Positions 14,577 to 24,919 are shown, counted from the first letter of the stretch. The stretch is 28,767 bases of DNA from Candidatus Latescibacteria bacterium 4484_7 (GCA_002085285.1 NATK01000002.1:1-28767); one strand, 5' to 3'. Numbers and translations: made by a program. The notes: generated by a model from the letters alone, not told the origin.

Positions 14577-15917
14577 ATGAACAGGTGGGATGTCGTAATC
14601 GTTGGTGGTGGCCCTGCCGGTGTTACCACGGCTCTTTCGGCCAAGAATTCCTATCACGACAAGAATGTTCTTATCATAAGGAGGGAGGAAACGTCGCTCA
14701 TCCCTTGCGGGATACCTTACGTACTCCATTCTTTGAAGAAGGTAGAGAACAATATCATGCCGGACAAGCCGCTCGAGGCCGCAGGTGTGGAGCTTATGGT
14801 CGGCGATGTGGTTGAAATTGAGCCCGCTGCAAAGGTGATAATTCTTAGGAGCGGAGAAAAACTCGAATACGACCGTCTCGTTATGGCAACGGGATCGACT
14901 CCGTTCATTCCCCCAATACCGGGGATCGAGAAGAAGGGAGTTCATTTGATCAAAAAGGAGATGGATTACCTGAGAGACTTGAAGAAGTCCGTAGAAGAGA
15001 GCAGGAGGATCGTGGTTATCGGCGGCGGATTTATAGGAGTCGAGGTCACAGACGAGCTCTTGAAAGAGGGTAAGGATGTTACCATAGTGGAAAAGCTCGA
15101 CTCACTGCTGCCCCTGTCGATGGATGAAGAGTTCGGAACGATGGTCAAAGAGATGCTCGAAGCCAAGGGTGTAAGGGTGTTGACCGGTATTTCGGTCAAG
15201 GAGATCACCGGTGAGGAAGGGACGGATGGAGTCGAGCTCGAAAACGGCGAAAAGATAGATGCCGACCTCGTGCTTGTCGCTGCAGGATACAGGCCCCGTC
15301 TAGAGCTTGCCAGGAAAACAGGGCTTGAGATAAATGAGAGGTATGGTATCATAGTCGATGAATATATGCGGACGTCGATGAAAGGCGTTTTTGCCGTGGG
15401 GGATTGTGCGGCGAAGAAGCACTTTCTCACCGGAGAATTCACCAAGCTGATGCTTGCCTCGACGGCCATGGCTCAGGGGAGGCTCGCAGGCTCGAACCTC
15501 TACGAGGTCAAGGTCATCAAGGAGCTGCGTGGTTCTCTGGGAACATTTTCGACGAAGATCCAGGGTACGGCATTTGCAGCCATGGGGCTCACCGAGAGGG
15601 AAGCGAAAAAGCTCGGAGTATCGTATGTCGTCGGGCGCAATGAGACGGTTGACAGGCACCCGGGCAAGCTCCCTGGGGCGAGCAGCGTGTACATCAAATT
15701 GATCTATGCAAAGGTTTCCCACCAGTTGCTCGGTGCTCAAATAAGGGGCGGTGATTCGGCAGGCGAAATGATCAACACCCTTTCCATCATGATGCAAAAC
15801 AACATGACCGATATGCAGGTCGACACCATGCAGATAGGGACGCACCCGCTGCTCACTTCGTCACCGATTGCCTATCCAATAATCAATGCGACGGTCGACG
15901 CGATAACGAAACAGTGA
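14577..15917 (+). CDS. FAD-dependent pyridine nucleotide-disulfide oxidoreductase (NADH oxidase/CoA-disulfide reductase family)
   Basis: VIVGGGPAG, IPCGIPY single redox Cys, VIGGGFIG, VFAVGDC and THP motifs. Confidence 0.9.
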   Translation: MNRWDVVIVGGGPAGVTTALSAKNSYHDKNVLIIRREETSLIPCGIPYVLHSLKKVENNIMPDKPLEAAGVELMVGDVVEIEPAAKVIILRSGEKLEYDRLVMATGSTPFIPPIPGIEKKGVHLIKKEMDYLRDLKKSVEESRRIVVIGGGFIGVEVTDELLKEGKDVTIVEKLDSLLPLSMDEEFGTMVKEMLEAKGVRVLTGISVKEITGEEGTDGVELENGEKIDADLVLVAAGYRPRLELARKTGLEINERYGIIVDEYMRTSMKGVFAVGDCAAKKHFLTGEFTKLMLASTAMAQGRLAGSNLYEVKVIKELRGSLGTFSTKIQGTAFAAMGLTEREAKKLGVSYVVGRNETVDRHPGKLPGASSVYIKLIYAKVSHQLLGAQIRGGDSAGEMINTLSIMMQNNMTDMQVDTMQIGTHPLLTSSPIAYPIINATVDAITKQ

Positions 15918-15947
15918 CCGGCCGCCGCCGTAAAGAAAGGTTCGGCA

Positions 15948-16925
15948 TTGCTCAAAGCGATCGAGGCGAAAGGGAAGGTCGAGCGCTGTTATGATATGTT
16001 AAAGGCACGTGTATCCGGGTTCGGCGGCGAGCCCCTCGTGGTCAAGGTGGGTTTTCGCGGAGGCGGCGGTGAAGAAACGGTTATTTGGATAGAGCCCTAT
16101 GACCTCTGGCACGAGCTAAGCGAGAGCTGGTGGAATGCTTTCGGAGTCGGGAGACCCGTTCTGCGCGGCTCCAATTCCATTACTTGTGAGATAAATTTCG
16201 CCGGCGACGGGGTGGACCGGCGCACAGGCGGTCTATTCGCCGAAGACGACGCCGGCAACATCTATGTGCTTCACCGCGGCAGGATAGGTGGCGGTCGAAA
16301 GAACATAGGCAAAACGGGTTTTATACGCTCGTTCACGGGCGAACTGGTAGAGGTGGCGGACGGCGGAAGGACGACGAAGGTCGTTCCCGTCGCTTCGCTC
16401 AAGAGCACGAACTTTCTCGCTCAACTAAGTTTCTTCGTCCATGAGGTGGCGAGGTACAAAAAGGACGCCGTGATAAATGCGAGGTACGTAGGGACGGTGG
16501 CGACTGATGCTTTCTATGTGCCTCGATACAAAGGCAGATGGGCAAGGGGCGCGTTCGACGCGGTCGAATCGTCGTTTGAGCACGGTCTTGTCACATGCAC
16601 TCTTGCAAACATCCTTTCTGCCCGGGGAGCTCTTGTAAGGAGCGATTCAAATCATGATCTCTATGTGAGGCGCGGCTCGGGCAGAGTCGGTATCGTCTTC
16701 GAAGTGGAGACGTCACCCGATCTCTCTCACATCTACAATGCGGTGGGAAGGCTTTTTCTCTATTCGAGCAGTGGCGCTGTGAGCGGCAGAAAGTTCGTGG
16801 TTGCGCCGCGTTCAACAAGCGAAGACATCGAGGAGCGTTTGAAAAAGCTGCGTATAAAGTTGATCCGCTACAGGATAACCGAAGGCCGTGTGTCCTTCAG
16901 CCCGGAAAAATTCTTGAGGGTATGA
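15948..16925 (+). CDS. Hypothetical protein with PD-(D/E)XK nuclease-like C-terminal domain
   Basis: HGLV..L...D....FEVET....YNAVGRLFLY resembles the H..V...D...FEVKT..AVGQL..Y pattern of restriction-like nucleases. Confidence 0.55.
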   Translation: MLKAIEAKGKVERCYDMLKARVSGFGGEPLVVKVGFRGGGGEETVIWIEPYDLWHELSESWWNAFGVGRPVLRGSNSITCEINFAGDGVDRRTGGLFAEDDAGNIYVLHRGRIGGGRKNIGKTGFIRSFTGELVEVADGGRTTKVVPVASLKSTNFLAQLSFFVHEVARYKKDAVINARYVGTVATDAFYVPRYKGRWARGAFDAVESSFEHGLVTCTLANILSARGALVRSDSNHDLYVRRGSGRVGIVFEVETSPDLSHIYNAVGRLFLYSSSGAVSGRKFVVAPRSTSEDIEERLKKLRIKLIRYRITEGRVSFSPEKFLRV

Positions 16926-17187
16926 CGTGTGCACGGTGCCTCTTGCATCCCTTCACTCAGAACCTCGCAATCTGAAGAATATCGATGAATGCTGCGAACT
17001 TCGAGGAACAGCGAAGATGCGTCAGCCTCTGCACCCGTAGTCGCTGAGTGGCTTTTTTCTGGACACGTGACATTTCGCTGTGTAGCATAGTTTTCCTGTC
17101 TCGTTTTGCTGCCTGTTCTCGGTATTGCAGTGTTGTCGGTCCGGGTATTCCATTTGAGGTTCAAGCCGGATTTAAGAGGGAGTGCAG

Positions 17188-18573
17188 ATGGATTCAGGGC
17201 TCACTAAAGGGGTTCAGACCCTGCTTGGAGATCCAAAGAGAGCGATACTAAAGTTCTCGGGCCCTATGATAGTTGGAATGCTTGTCCAGGCACTCTACAA
17301 CATCGTAGACGGTATATGGGTGGCGGGCCTCGGTTCCGACGCGTTGGCTGCGATAGGACTTTTCTTTCCCCTTTTCATGGTGATCATATCGCTCGCGGTG
17401 GGAGTCGGTATCGGTGGCAGCTCGACTATCTCGAGGAGGATAGGCGCCAGGGAAAAGGAGCGAGCCAGCTCGGCCGCTTCGCATACGATGTTCCTGGGAT
17501 TCATCGTAGGGATTGCCATAACAGTCGGCTTTTATCCATTCATAAGAAATATATTCGAACTGATCGGTGCAAAGGGGAATGTCTCGGATCTAGTAGTCAG
17601 TTATTCAAAGGTTCTTATCGGCGGCTCTGTGTTCATCGTCTTTAGCAACATCTCGAGCGGTATCCTCCGGGGCGAAGGAGACATGAAGAGGGCGATGTAC
17701 GCGATGATGCTTGGTTCGGGGCTCAACATCATACTCGACCCCATATTTATATACACGTTGAAACTCGGTGTGGTCGGTGCAGCCTGGGCCACTCTGGCAT
17801 CCATATTCATTACCTCACTCCTCATGGTTTACTGGCTTTTTTTCAAGAAGGACACGTACATCGATGTCAGGCCAGTCCCCTCTCATTTCGATGCTGCAAT
17901 AACGAAAGAGATACTCAGAGTCGGCATTCCATCCTCCTTTGCACAGCTATCGATGTCGGTGGCGGTTTTTATATTGAATGCAATCATCGTAGGGGTGGGC
18001 GGCTCCGACGGAATAGCTGTTTATACGAGTGCGTGGAGAATATTGATGATAGGGATAGTACCTCTTCTCGGCATAGCAACGGGTGTCACCGCGGTCACTG
18101 GTGCCGCATACGGCGCCGGGGACATGGTAAAGTTGAAGACAGGATATATGTACGGTGTAAAGATCGGGGTCGTGGTGGAGCTTGCCGTTCTTTCGATTAT
18201 TCTGCTGCTCGCTCACCAGCTTTCATATATCTTCACATACTCAAAGGGGGCGGCGCATATCTCAGATAGTCTGACTACCGCTTTCCGAGTGCTTGCCTGG
18301 TTCCTTCCGACCGTTCCGCTCGGTATGCTCACCTCTTCGATGTTTCAGGGGATAGGGAAGGGGGAATATTCCCTGGCCGTCACTATATTGAGAACGGTGA
18401 TCTTTCAGGTAGCTTTCAGCTACCTTCTCGGGATAACGTTCGGCTACGGGATCCGCGGTGTATGGTGGGGTATCGTGTTCGGCAACGTGATCGCCTCGGT
18501 TGTTTCGTTTTCGTGGGGGCGTTTCACAATAGCAAGACTCCAAAGGAAAATGCTTGATGTGCCTCCGGTATGA
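17188..18573 (+). CDS. MATE family efflux transporter
   Basis: QALYNIVDGIWV..LG.DALAA, RGEGD..RAM and NIILDPIFI motifs; about 12 TM segments. Confidence 0.92.
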   Translation: MDSGLTKGVQTLLGDPKRAILKFSGPMIVGMLVQALYNIVDGIWVAGLGSDALAAIGLFFPLFMVIISLAVGVGIGGSSTISRRIGAREKERASSAASHTMFLGFIVGIAITVGFYPFIRNIFELIGAKGNVSDLVVSYSKVLIGGSVFIVFSNISSGILRGEGDMKRAMYAMMLGSGLNIILDPIFIYTLKLGVVGAAWATLASIFITSLLMVYWLFFKKDTYIDVRPVPSHFDAAITKEILRVGIPSSFAQLSMSVAVFILNAIIVGVGGSDGIAVYTSAWRILMIGIVPLLGIATGVTAVTGAAYGAGDMVKLKTGYMYGVKIGVVVELAVLSIILLLAHQLSYIFTYSKGAAHISDSLTTAFRVLAWFLPTVPLGMLTSSMFQGIGKGEYSLAVTILRTVIFQVAFSYLLGITFGYGIRGVWWGIVFGNVIASVVSFSWGRFTIARLQRKMLDVPPV

Positions 18574-18614
18574 TTTAGAGTGAAAGGGTGTTGAGAGAAG
18601 AAAAGGATTGATCG

Positions 18615-19625
18615 ATGGCGCTCAGACTTCTCGAAGTAATAATTCCACAGAGCAGCGTCGAAGAGATGCAGGAGATTCTAAAGAACGAGAATCTCCTCGA
18701 TCTCTGGCGTGAGGAAAAGTTCAAAGAGATCAATGTCTATAAGCTCGTAACGCGCTCGGAAGATGCCGAGTCGATAATGGACAAATTCGAAAAGCGGTTT
18801 TCCGCGCTCTCTGAGTTCAGGATAGTGCTTCTTCCCGTCGAGGCCACTGTGCCTCGCCCTTCCTTCGAAAAGGAGCAGGCGAAAGATGCTAATGTCGCGC
18901 CGGAAGAGAAGAAGCGCAAGAGGCTCAGGGTGAGCAGGGAGGAGCTATACGACAAGCTCGTAGATTCGGCACAGCTGAATTACGTTTATGTGGCGATGAT
19001 ATCGCTGGCTACTGTAGTAGCGGCCATAGGTCTGATCCAGAGCAATATCGTGATAGTGATAGGAGCGATGGTCATAGCTCCTCTTCTTGGACCGAGCGTT
19101 GCATTGTCACTTGCTACGACACTCGGCGATCCCGACCTTGGCAGGCGTTCCTTGAAGACAAATGTCGTCGGTATTCTGCTTGCATTCGTCATAGCAGTCG
19201 CGATGGGGATGATCTTCAGGGTCGATGCTCCGACGCGTGAGCTCGCATCGAGAACGGCGATCGCCCCATTCGATATCATAGTAGCCCTCGCGGCAGGTTC
19301 GGCCGGCGCACTTGCCTTTACAAGCGGTATCTCGACGATACTCATTGGAGTCATGGTCGCGGTATCACTGTTGCCTCCCCTTGCCGCTTGCGGCGTGTTG
19401 ATCGGCAACGGCTTCGTTTCGCTCGGGGCAAAGAGTTTTCTCCTCTTTCTCGCAAACTTCATAAGCATCAATCTCGCCGGAGTCCTCACGTTCACACTTC
19501 AGGGGATTCGTCCTCTGAACTGGTGGGAGGAGAAAAAGGCAAAAAGTATGACCCGTTTTGCGTTGTTTCTCTGGCTTGTCCTTTTGGCTCTGCTTCTCAC
19601 GGTGATCTATCTGATAAAGGCATAG
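18615..19625 (+). CDS. TIGR00341/DUF389 family membrane protein
   Basis: VIGAMVIAPLLGP, ALAAGSAGA, GVMVAVSLLPP and N.ISINLAG motifs. Confidence 0.88.
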   Translation: MALRLLEVIIPQSSVEEMQEILKNENLLDLWREEKFKEINVYKLVTRSEDAESIMDKFEKRFSALSEFRIVLLPVEATVPRPSFEKEQAKDANVAPEEKKRKRLRVSREELYDKLVDSAQLNYVYVAMISLATVVAAIGLIQSNIVIVIGAMVIAPLLGPSVALSLATTLGDPDLGRRSLKTNVVGILLAFVIAVAMGMIFRVDAPTRELASRTAIAPFDIIVALAAGSAGALAFTSGISTILIGVMVAVSLLPPLAACGVLIGNGFVSLGAKSFLLFLANFISINLAGVLTFTLQGIRPLNWWEEKKAKSMTRFALFLWLVLLALLLTVIYLIKA

Positions 19626-19684
19626 GGAGTTTTCTTGAATAAATTGCTCCGTGCGGTTGTATCTGAGAAAAAAAGGAGGGTGCG

Positions 19685-21292
19685 GTGAATATGAATGTGA
19701 GGTACAGGGTTTTTCTCGTTCTTTCTCTGATTGCTGTCGCTGTTTTCTCATCGCTCGGCAATGTCGGCGCAGCGACTGAAGATGATTCTTCGGTCGCTCA
19801 AGTTGCGTCGAGCGGAGGTGTTTCTGCGATGAATCGAGATGATGGAGGTCTTGAGACATTGCCGGATGCGGGCCTCCCGGTAATGGGTAAAGGCTCGGGA
19901 TCAGATGGTGCGACGGCACGGGTCGCGGGCAATGAGAAGAAAGATATCGAGGGAATCTGGGAGGGGTCGCTTGATGTGAACGGATCGAAGTTGAGGGTGG
20001 TCTTTCACATCTCCAGGTCCGAAGACGGTTCGCTCACGGCGACTCTCGACAGCCCCGATCAGGGGGCGACGGGGATACCTGTTAGCAAGGTGACGTTCGA
20101 GGGCGGGAAGCTCGTGGTAAATGTGGATGTGGCCATGGCGATGTTCGAGGGACAGGCGAACGGAGATCTCTCCTCGATCGACGGCAACTGGAAGCAGAGA
20201 GGGATGACTTTTCCCCTCAAGCTCGAAAGGGTCAAGGAAGCTCCCAAGATGAGCAGGCCTCAGGAGCCTAAGAAGCCCTACCCGTACAAAGAGGAAGAGG
20301 TGACGATCGAGAACAAGGTCGGTGGGGTCGAACTCGCAGGCACTTTGACCATTCCCAAAGGCAAGCCCCCATTCCCCGCCGTGGTGCTTATTACAGGTTC
20401 TGGACCAGAGGACAGGGATGAAACGGTTTTCGGCCACAAGCCGTTTCTCGTACTGGCCGATTATCTGACGAGGCGCGGGGTTGCTGTCTTGAGGGTCGAT
20501 GACAGGGGGGTGGGAGGCTCCAGCGGAGATCTGTGGAGCTCGACGAGCAGGGATTTCGCAGGAGACGTCGAGGCGGAAGTCAGATATCTCATGGGGAGAA
20601 AAGAGATCGATGCCGAAAGAATCGGGCTCATAGGGCATAGTGAGGGTGGAATCATCGCACCGATGGTGGCTGTCGATATGAAAAATATAGCCTTTATTGT
20701 TCTTATGGCGGGACCCGGTGTTCCGGGTGACAGTATCCTGTATCATCAGAGTGCACTCATAGCAAAGGCGGAAGGTGCGAGCGAAGAGGAAATCGCCAAA
20801 AACAGGCTTCTTCAGGAAAAGGCTTTCGCCATCGTTGAGGGCACGACAGACGATGCTGCAGCGAGGGAAAAGCTCGAGGCACTCTTTGCCGGTGAGTACG
20901 GCCATCTGGACAAGGATCAGAGGTCAGCAGCACCCGATTCGGCCAGGCTAATAGAGGCACAGACAAGGAGGATCCTCAATCCGTGGTTTCGCTATTTCCT
21001 CACCTACGATCCGGCGGAGACGCTGAGAAAGGTCAAATGCCCCGTTCTGGCAATCGGAGGGGAGAAGGACCTTCAGGTTCCTGCCGACGAAAACCTCGAG
21101 GCGATAAGGGAAGCGCTGAAGGCCGGGGGTAACGGAGATTTTATCGTGAAGAAGCTTCCCGGCCTCAATCATCTATTTCAAACAGCAGAAACTGGAGATG
21201 TATCGGAGTATTCGAAGATAGAAGAAACGATTTCTCCCGTCGCTCTGAAGCTCATAGGGGACTGGATCGTAGGACACGTTTCAGGTGATTGA
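19685..21292 (+). CDS. Secreted alpha/beta hydrolase (serine peptidase/esterase)
   Basis: Signal peptide. ITGSG.EDRDE, DDRGVGGS, nucleophile GHSEGG, acid EKDLQV and base LNHLFQ. Confidence 0.9.
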   Translation: MNMNVRYRVFLVLSLIAVAVFSSLGNVGAATEDDSSVAQVASSGGVSAMNRDDGGLETLPDAGLPVMGKGSGSDGATARVAGNEKKDIEGIWEGSLDVNGSKLRVVFHISRSEDGSLTATLDSPDQGATGIPVSKVTFEGGKLVVNVDVAMAMFEGQANGDLSSIDGNWKQRGMTFPLKLERVKEAPKMSRPQEPKKPYPYKEEEVTIENKVGGVELAGTLTIPKGKPPFPAVVLITGSGPEDRDETVFGHKPFLVLADYLTRRGVAVLRVDDRGVGGSSGDLWSSTSRDFAGDVEAEVRYLMGRKEIDAERIGLIGHSEGGIIAPMVAVDMKNIAFIVLMAGPGVPGDSILYHQSALIAKAEGASEEEIAKNRLLQEKAFAIVEGTTDDAAAREKLEALFAGEYGHLDKDQRSAAPDSARLIEAQTRRILNPWFRYFLTYDPAETLRKVKCPVLAIGGEKDLQVPADENLEAIREALKAGGNGDFIVKKLPGLNHLFQTAETGDVSEYSKIEETISPVALKLIGDWIVGHVSGD

Positions 21293-21407
21293 GCTCTCTC
21301 GAATCGGGATTAGAGCAAGATTTTTGTGCCATTTTGCAATGCGGTTCGTCTTACCGTATAGAAAGACATTGTAAAAGATGAACCGTGATCTTGGAAAGGA
21401 GCAAGGT

Positions 21408-21926
21408 ATGGGTTGTCGAAGCAAATCTGCGGTCTTGGCAGTCATGTTATCTATTGTGGCGCTCGCGGCGTCGAGCGCGCAGGCGGCGAGCTATGAAAAG
21501 CTCTATGGGCTCTTGAAGGACGTCAAGGGGTGGGAGGCGAAAAAGCCCGAGGGAATGCGTATGGATATGCCTGGAATGAAGATGATACAGGCGACGAGGG
21601 AGTATTCGAACGGCAAGGGCAACTTGAATGTGATGATCATGATGGGTGGTGCGGGCTCTATCGGTGCCTACACACAGCAGACCAAGATGAACTACGAAGA
21701 CGAAGACACTAAGATGAGCTTCAAAGAGATAGACGGCTTCAAATGCCATCTCCTTTACGACAAGAAGGAGAATTCCGGAGTGGTCACGGTCATCGTGAAG
21801 CCGGATGAAAAGGAACCAGGGATATTCGTCCTATCGTACGAAGGCGTTTCGGACGACGACGCCTTGAAGATTGCGAGGGAATTCGACTGGAAAAAGATCG
21901 CCGACAAACTCAAGAACTTTGAGTGA
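21408..21926 (+). CDS. Hypothetical secreted protein
   Basis: AAGGAG RBS, signal peptide ending AQAA, and a 172-aa soluble domain. No family recognised. Confidence 0.7.
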   Translation: MGCRSKSAVLAVMLSIVALAASSAQAASYEKLYGLLKDVKGWEAKKPEGMRMDMPGMKMIQATREYSNGKGNLNVMIMMGGAGSIGAYTQQTKMNYEDEDTKMSFKEIDGFKCHLLYDKKENSGVVTVIVKPDEKEPGIFVLSYEGVSDDDALKIAREFDWKKIADKLKNFE

Positions 21927-21947
21927 TCGGAACCCGGCGGTAGGATT

Positions 21948-23471
21948 CTATCCGAGGCTTCCGACCTCTTTTTCCACCTCTTCGAGTATCTCGCCCGATT
22001 TGACGAGCTTTTTCATCTCCGTGTGATCCCTATGCAGAGGTCTGTCGATGTCGAGGAAGTCAACGTGCCGTCTTATCACTTTTTTTGCCCTTGTTACGCC
22101 TTTGCCGAATTTGTAATCGCGCATGTCGAGAGCCTGTGCCGCCGCCATGAACTCTATGCCAAGAACGCCGTAGGCGTCGTCGAGGATCTGGAAGTTCTTT
22201 ATCGCCGTATTCATTCCCATCGAGACGAAGTCTTCCTGGTCGGCTGCTGCCGGTATCGATTGTATCGAAGCAGGCATCGAAAGGATCCTCTGCTCTACGA
22301 TCTGCATGTCGGCGGTGTATTGGCTGAGCATTAGCCCCGACATCATACCGGCTCCCTTGGTGAGGAAAGGAGGAAGGCCGCCGCTCAAGGCCGGATTGTT
22401 GAGGCGGTTCATCCTTCTCTCTGACATGACGCTCACCATGGTTACTGCGGCACCCATCATGTCCATAGGAAGTGAAACCGGTGTACCCTGAAAGTTTGCA
22501 CCGGAGATCTGAAGATTCTCGTCCGGGAAGAAAACAGGGTTGTCGCCGACTCCGTTGAGTTCGATCTCGACCTGCGATTTGGCAAATTCCCATGCGTCGT
22601 GTGCAGTACCTATGACCTGAGGAGTTGATCGCATCGAATATGCATCCTGAACCCGCACCTTGAGCTTGCCCTCGGCGAGGTCTCCTCCTTCGATGCACTT
22701 TCTTATCGCTGCTGCCGCTCGGATTGCTCCCTTGAATCCCCTAGCCTCGTGGAGCTTTGCGCTGTATGGTTTCATGTTGGCCATCAGGGCTTCGAGGCTC
22801 ATTGCAGCGGCGATCTCAGCCTGTCTGAGCCAGCGGTCCGTATCGTAGAGCATTATGGCGCTCATAGCGGTCAGTACGTTTGAGCCGTTAATGGTGGCCA
22901 GGCCGTCGCGGGCCTTAAGCCCCGGTATGGGGATTCCGGCCTTCTCCATCGCCTTTTTCCCGTCCATCAATTCGCCGTTGTAGTACGCCTTGCCTTCGCC
23001 GAGCATAAGAAGTGCAATCTGCGCCATCGGTGCGAGGTCACCGGAGGCCCCCACAGAACCCTTCTGACACACGTATGGGGTCACTCCCTTGTTCAGCATT
23101 TCTACGAGTGTCAGGGGAATCTCAGGTCGGCATCCCGAGTTGCCGTGTGCGAGGACGTTTATTCGGCTTGCCATTGCTCCCCTCACGTATTCGATGGGGG
23201 CGGGGTCTCCGATACCCGCAGCGTGGTTGTATATGAGGTATTTTTGAAACTCCTGTATCTGTTCGTCTGTGAGAACAACCTCGGAGAATTCCCCGATACC
23301 GGTATTTACCCCGTACATGATCTCATGGGCCTCGATCTTTTTCTCGACCATCGCCCGGCATTTCTTTATTTTCTCGATCGCATAATCGGGAAGTTCGACC
23401 TTCTCATTGAAGCGGGCGACCCGCACGAGTTCATCTATCCCAAGCTTGGATCCGTCCAATACTACTGCCAC
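21948..23471 (-). CDS. hutH: Histidine ammonia-lyase (aromatic amino acid lyase, MIO-dependent)
   Basis: YGVNTGIG, NHAAG, GSVGASGDLAP (ASG/MIO), QDAYS.RS.PQ, DNP and QEDFVSMG. GGAGG RBS before GTG. Confidence 0.85.
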   Translation of the reverse strand: MAVVLDGSKLGIDELVRVARFNEKVELPDYAIEKIKKCRAMVEKKIEAHEIMYGVNTGIGEFSEVVLTDEQIQEFQKYLIYNHAAGIGDPAPIEYVRGAMASRINVLAHGNSGCRPEIPLTLVEMLNKGVTPYVCQKGSVGASGDLAPMAQIALLMLGEGKAYYNGELMDGKKAMEKAGIPIPGLKARDGLATINGSNVLTAMSAIMLYDTDRWLRQAEIAAAMSLEALMANMKPYSAKLHEARGFKGAIRAAAAIRKCIEGGDLAEGKLKVRVQDAYSMRSTPQVIGTAHDAWEFAKSQVEIELNGVGDNPVFFPDENLQISGANFQGTPVSLPMDMMGAAVTMVSVMSERRMNRLNNPALSGGLPPFLTKGAGMMSGLMLSQYTADMQIVEQRILSMPASIQSIPAAADQEDFVSMGMNTAIKNFQILDDAYGVLGIEFMAAAQALDMRDYKFGKGVTRAKKVIRRHVDFLDIDRPLHRDHTEMKKLVKSGEILEEVEKEVGSLG

Positions 23472-23703
23472 TTTGACCTCCCGTTACAAGGTTTCTCATC
23501 TATGACTCGGAATTTCCCAATAAACGTTGTCTTCGTTCGTTGCGAAACATTCTGCCTGAAAAAAGATATATAACATTTTAACCGATACCCTTCAAGATGC
23601 AAATCATCGAAAAAAATTCTTAATTGAGCGGCATTTTAGACCGAAGAGATTTTTGAGTAGCAGTGAGCTTGACTGCACTTACGATGATATTTTGCAGGTA
23701 TTG

Positions 23704-23820
23704 GCGAGGGAGCGGATTCGAGGATCGCAAAGGCGAGGGAGCGGATTCGAGGTTCGCAAAGGGCGATGGAGCAGATTCGAGGATCGCAATAGCGAGGGTG
23801 CGGATTCGAGGTTCGCAAAG
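23704..23820. repeat. Four head-to-tail 29-30 bp tandem repeats, intergenic
   Basis: Units start at 23704, 23733, 23763 and 23792. Consensus GCGAGGGAGCGGATTCGAGGWTCGCAAAG, with no spacers. Confidence 0.92.
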
Positions 23821-23890
23821 GATCGATTTTTCGATTCTTTGCGGTTTGTCGTGCAAATCGCCTTCTCTCCATGCAACGGAGATTTAATAA

Positions 23891-24919
23891 ATGGAAACAA
23901 CGAAAGATGATATAGATCAGATAATCCTCGAGCTCAGACAGAGCGGTAGCGAGGAACGATCGCACGGGGTGCTGAAGCTGAGAGGTGTGGATCTCTCGGG
24001 GCGAGATCTCAGTAGGCTCGATCTTTCCGGCGCTGACCTTTCGGGAGCGAATCTATCCGGTGCCGACCTGAGTTTGTGCAATCTCGAGGGGGCGGTGCTT
24101 TTGAGGGCGAATCTAAAGGGAGCGTTGCTTCTCAAGGCGAACCTCAGAAATTCCGAGCTTACCGGTGCCGATTTGACCGGTGCCAATCTCGAAGAAGCCG
24201 ATGCGGCACATGCTGGGATGGGAATGGCCGTTTTGAAGAACGCTGTCTTCTTCAACGCAAACCTCGAGTGGGGGACTCTCACCAAGGCCGATGTTGAAGG
24301 CGCTGATTTCAGAGCGGCAGTACTGAAGAATGCGAGGATTCGTGAAGCCAGCCTCGTCAGGGCGGACTTAACGAACGCCGATATGCGATCGGCCGACCTG
24401 TCGTTGAGCGATGTCGATGGAGCGGTATTCAATAACGCAAATCTGCAAGAATCGAGACTCCGGCTGGTGAGGAACTTCGAAACGGCGAGCTGGATAGGTG
24501 TGGATGTGAGAAATATCAATTTCGCCGGTGCATACAGGCTGCGCCGATTCATTTCTGATCAAAACTATCTCAAGGAATTCAAAGAGAGCGGGAGCTTTGC
24601 AAGGATTGTTTACTTCTTCTGGTGGCTGACCAGCGACTGCGGGCGGAGCATGATGCGGTGGTTCCTGTGGATAGGAGTACAGGTGCTCGTATTTGCCTTT
24701 CTGTACTCTAAGGTCGGAGTGGATTACGGTATGTATCCGACGTTCCTTTCGCCGATCTATTACAGCGTCGTGACGCTGACGACCTTAGGATACGGTGATG
24801 TCGTTCCATCGACAGTCTGGGGTCAGGTTGTTGCCATATTGGAGGTCACTACGGGGTATCTGATGCTTGGGGGATTGATATCGATATTGAGCACTAAGAT
24901 GACGAGGAGGGCGGATTAA
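23891..24919 (+). CDS. Pentapeptide-repeat protein with C-terminal two-TM K+ channel domain
   Basis: Long A(D/N)LxG repeats followed by YYSVVTLTTLGYGD, the K+ selectivity filter. Confidence 0.9.
   Translation: METTKDDIDQIILELRQSGSEERSHGVLKLRGVDLSGRDLSRLDLSGADLSGANLSGADLSLCNLEGAVLLRANLKGALLLKANLRNSELTGADLTGANLEEADAAHAGMGMAVLKNAVFFNANLEWGTLTKADVEGADFRAAVLKNARIREASLVRADLTNADMRSADLSLSDVDGAVFNNANLQESRLRLVRNFETASWIGVDVRNINFAGAYRLRRFISDQNYLKEFKESGSFARIVYFFWWLTSDCGRSMMRWFLWIGVQVLVFAFLYSKVGVDYGMYPTFLSPIYYSVVTLTTLGYGDVVPSTVWGQVVAILEVTTGYLMLGGLISILSTKMTRRAD

Noticed and set aside
16925-17187. Short ORFs in the gap before the MATE gene
   Set aside because: No RBS-supported ORF or recognisable motif in any frame examined.
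21314-21331. Minus-strand TGGCAC...TTGC sigma54-like box
   Set aside because: Spacing is N7 instead of N5, and sigma54 spacing is strict.
23704-23820. CRISPR array interpretation of the 29-30 bp repeats
   Set aside because: The units are contiguous with no unique spacers.
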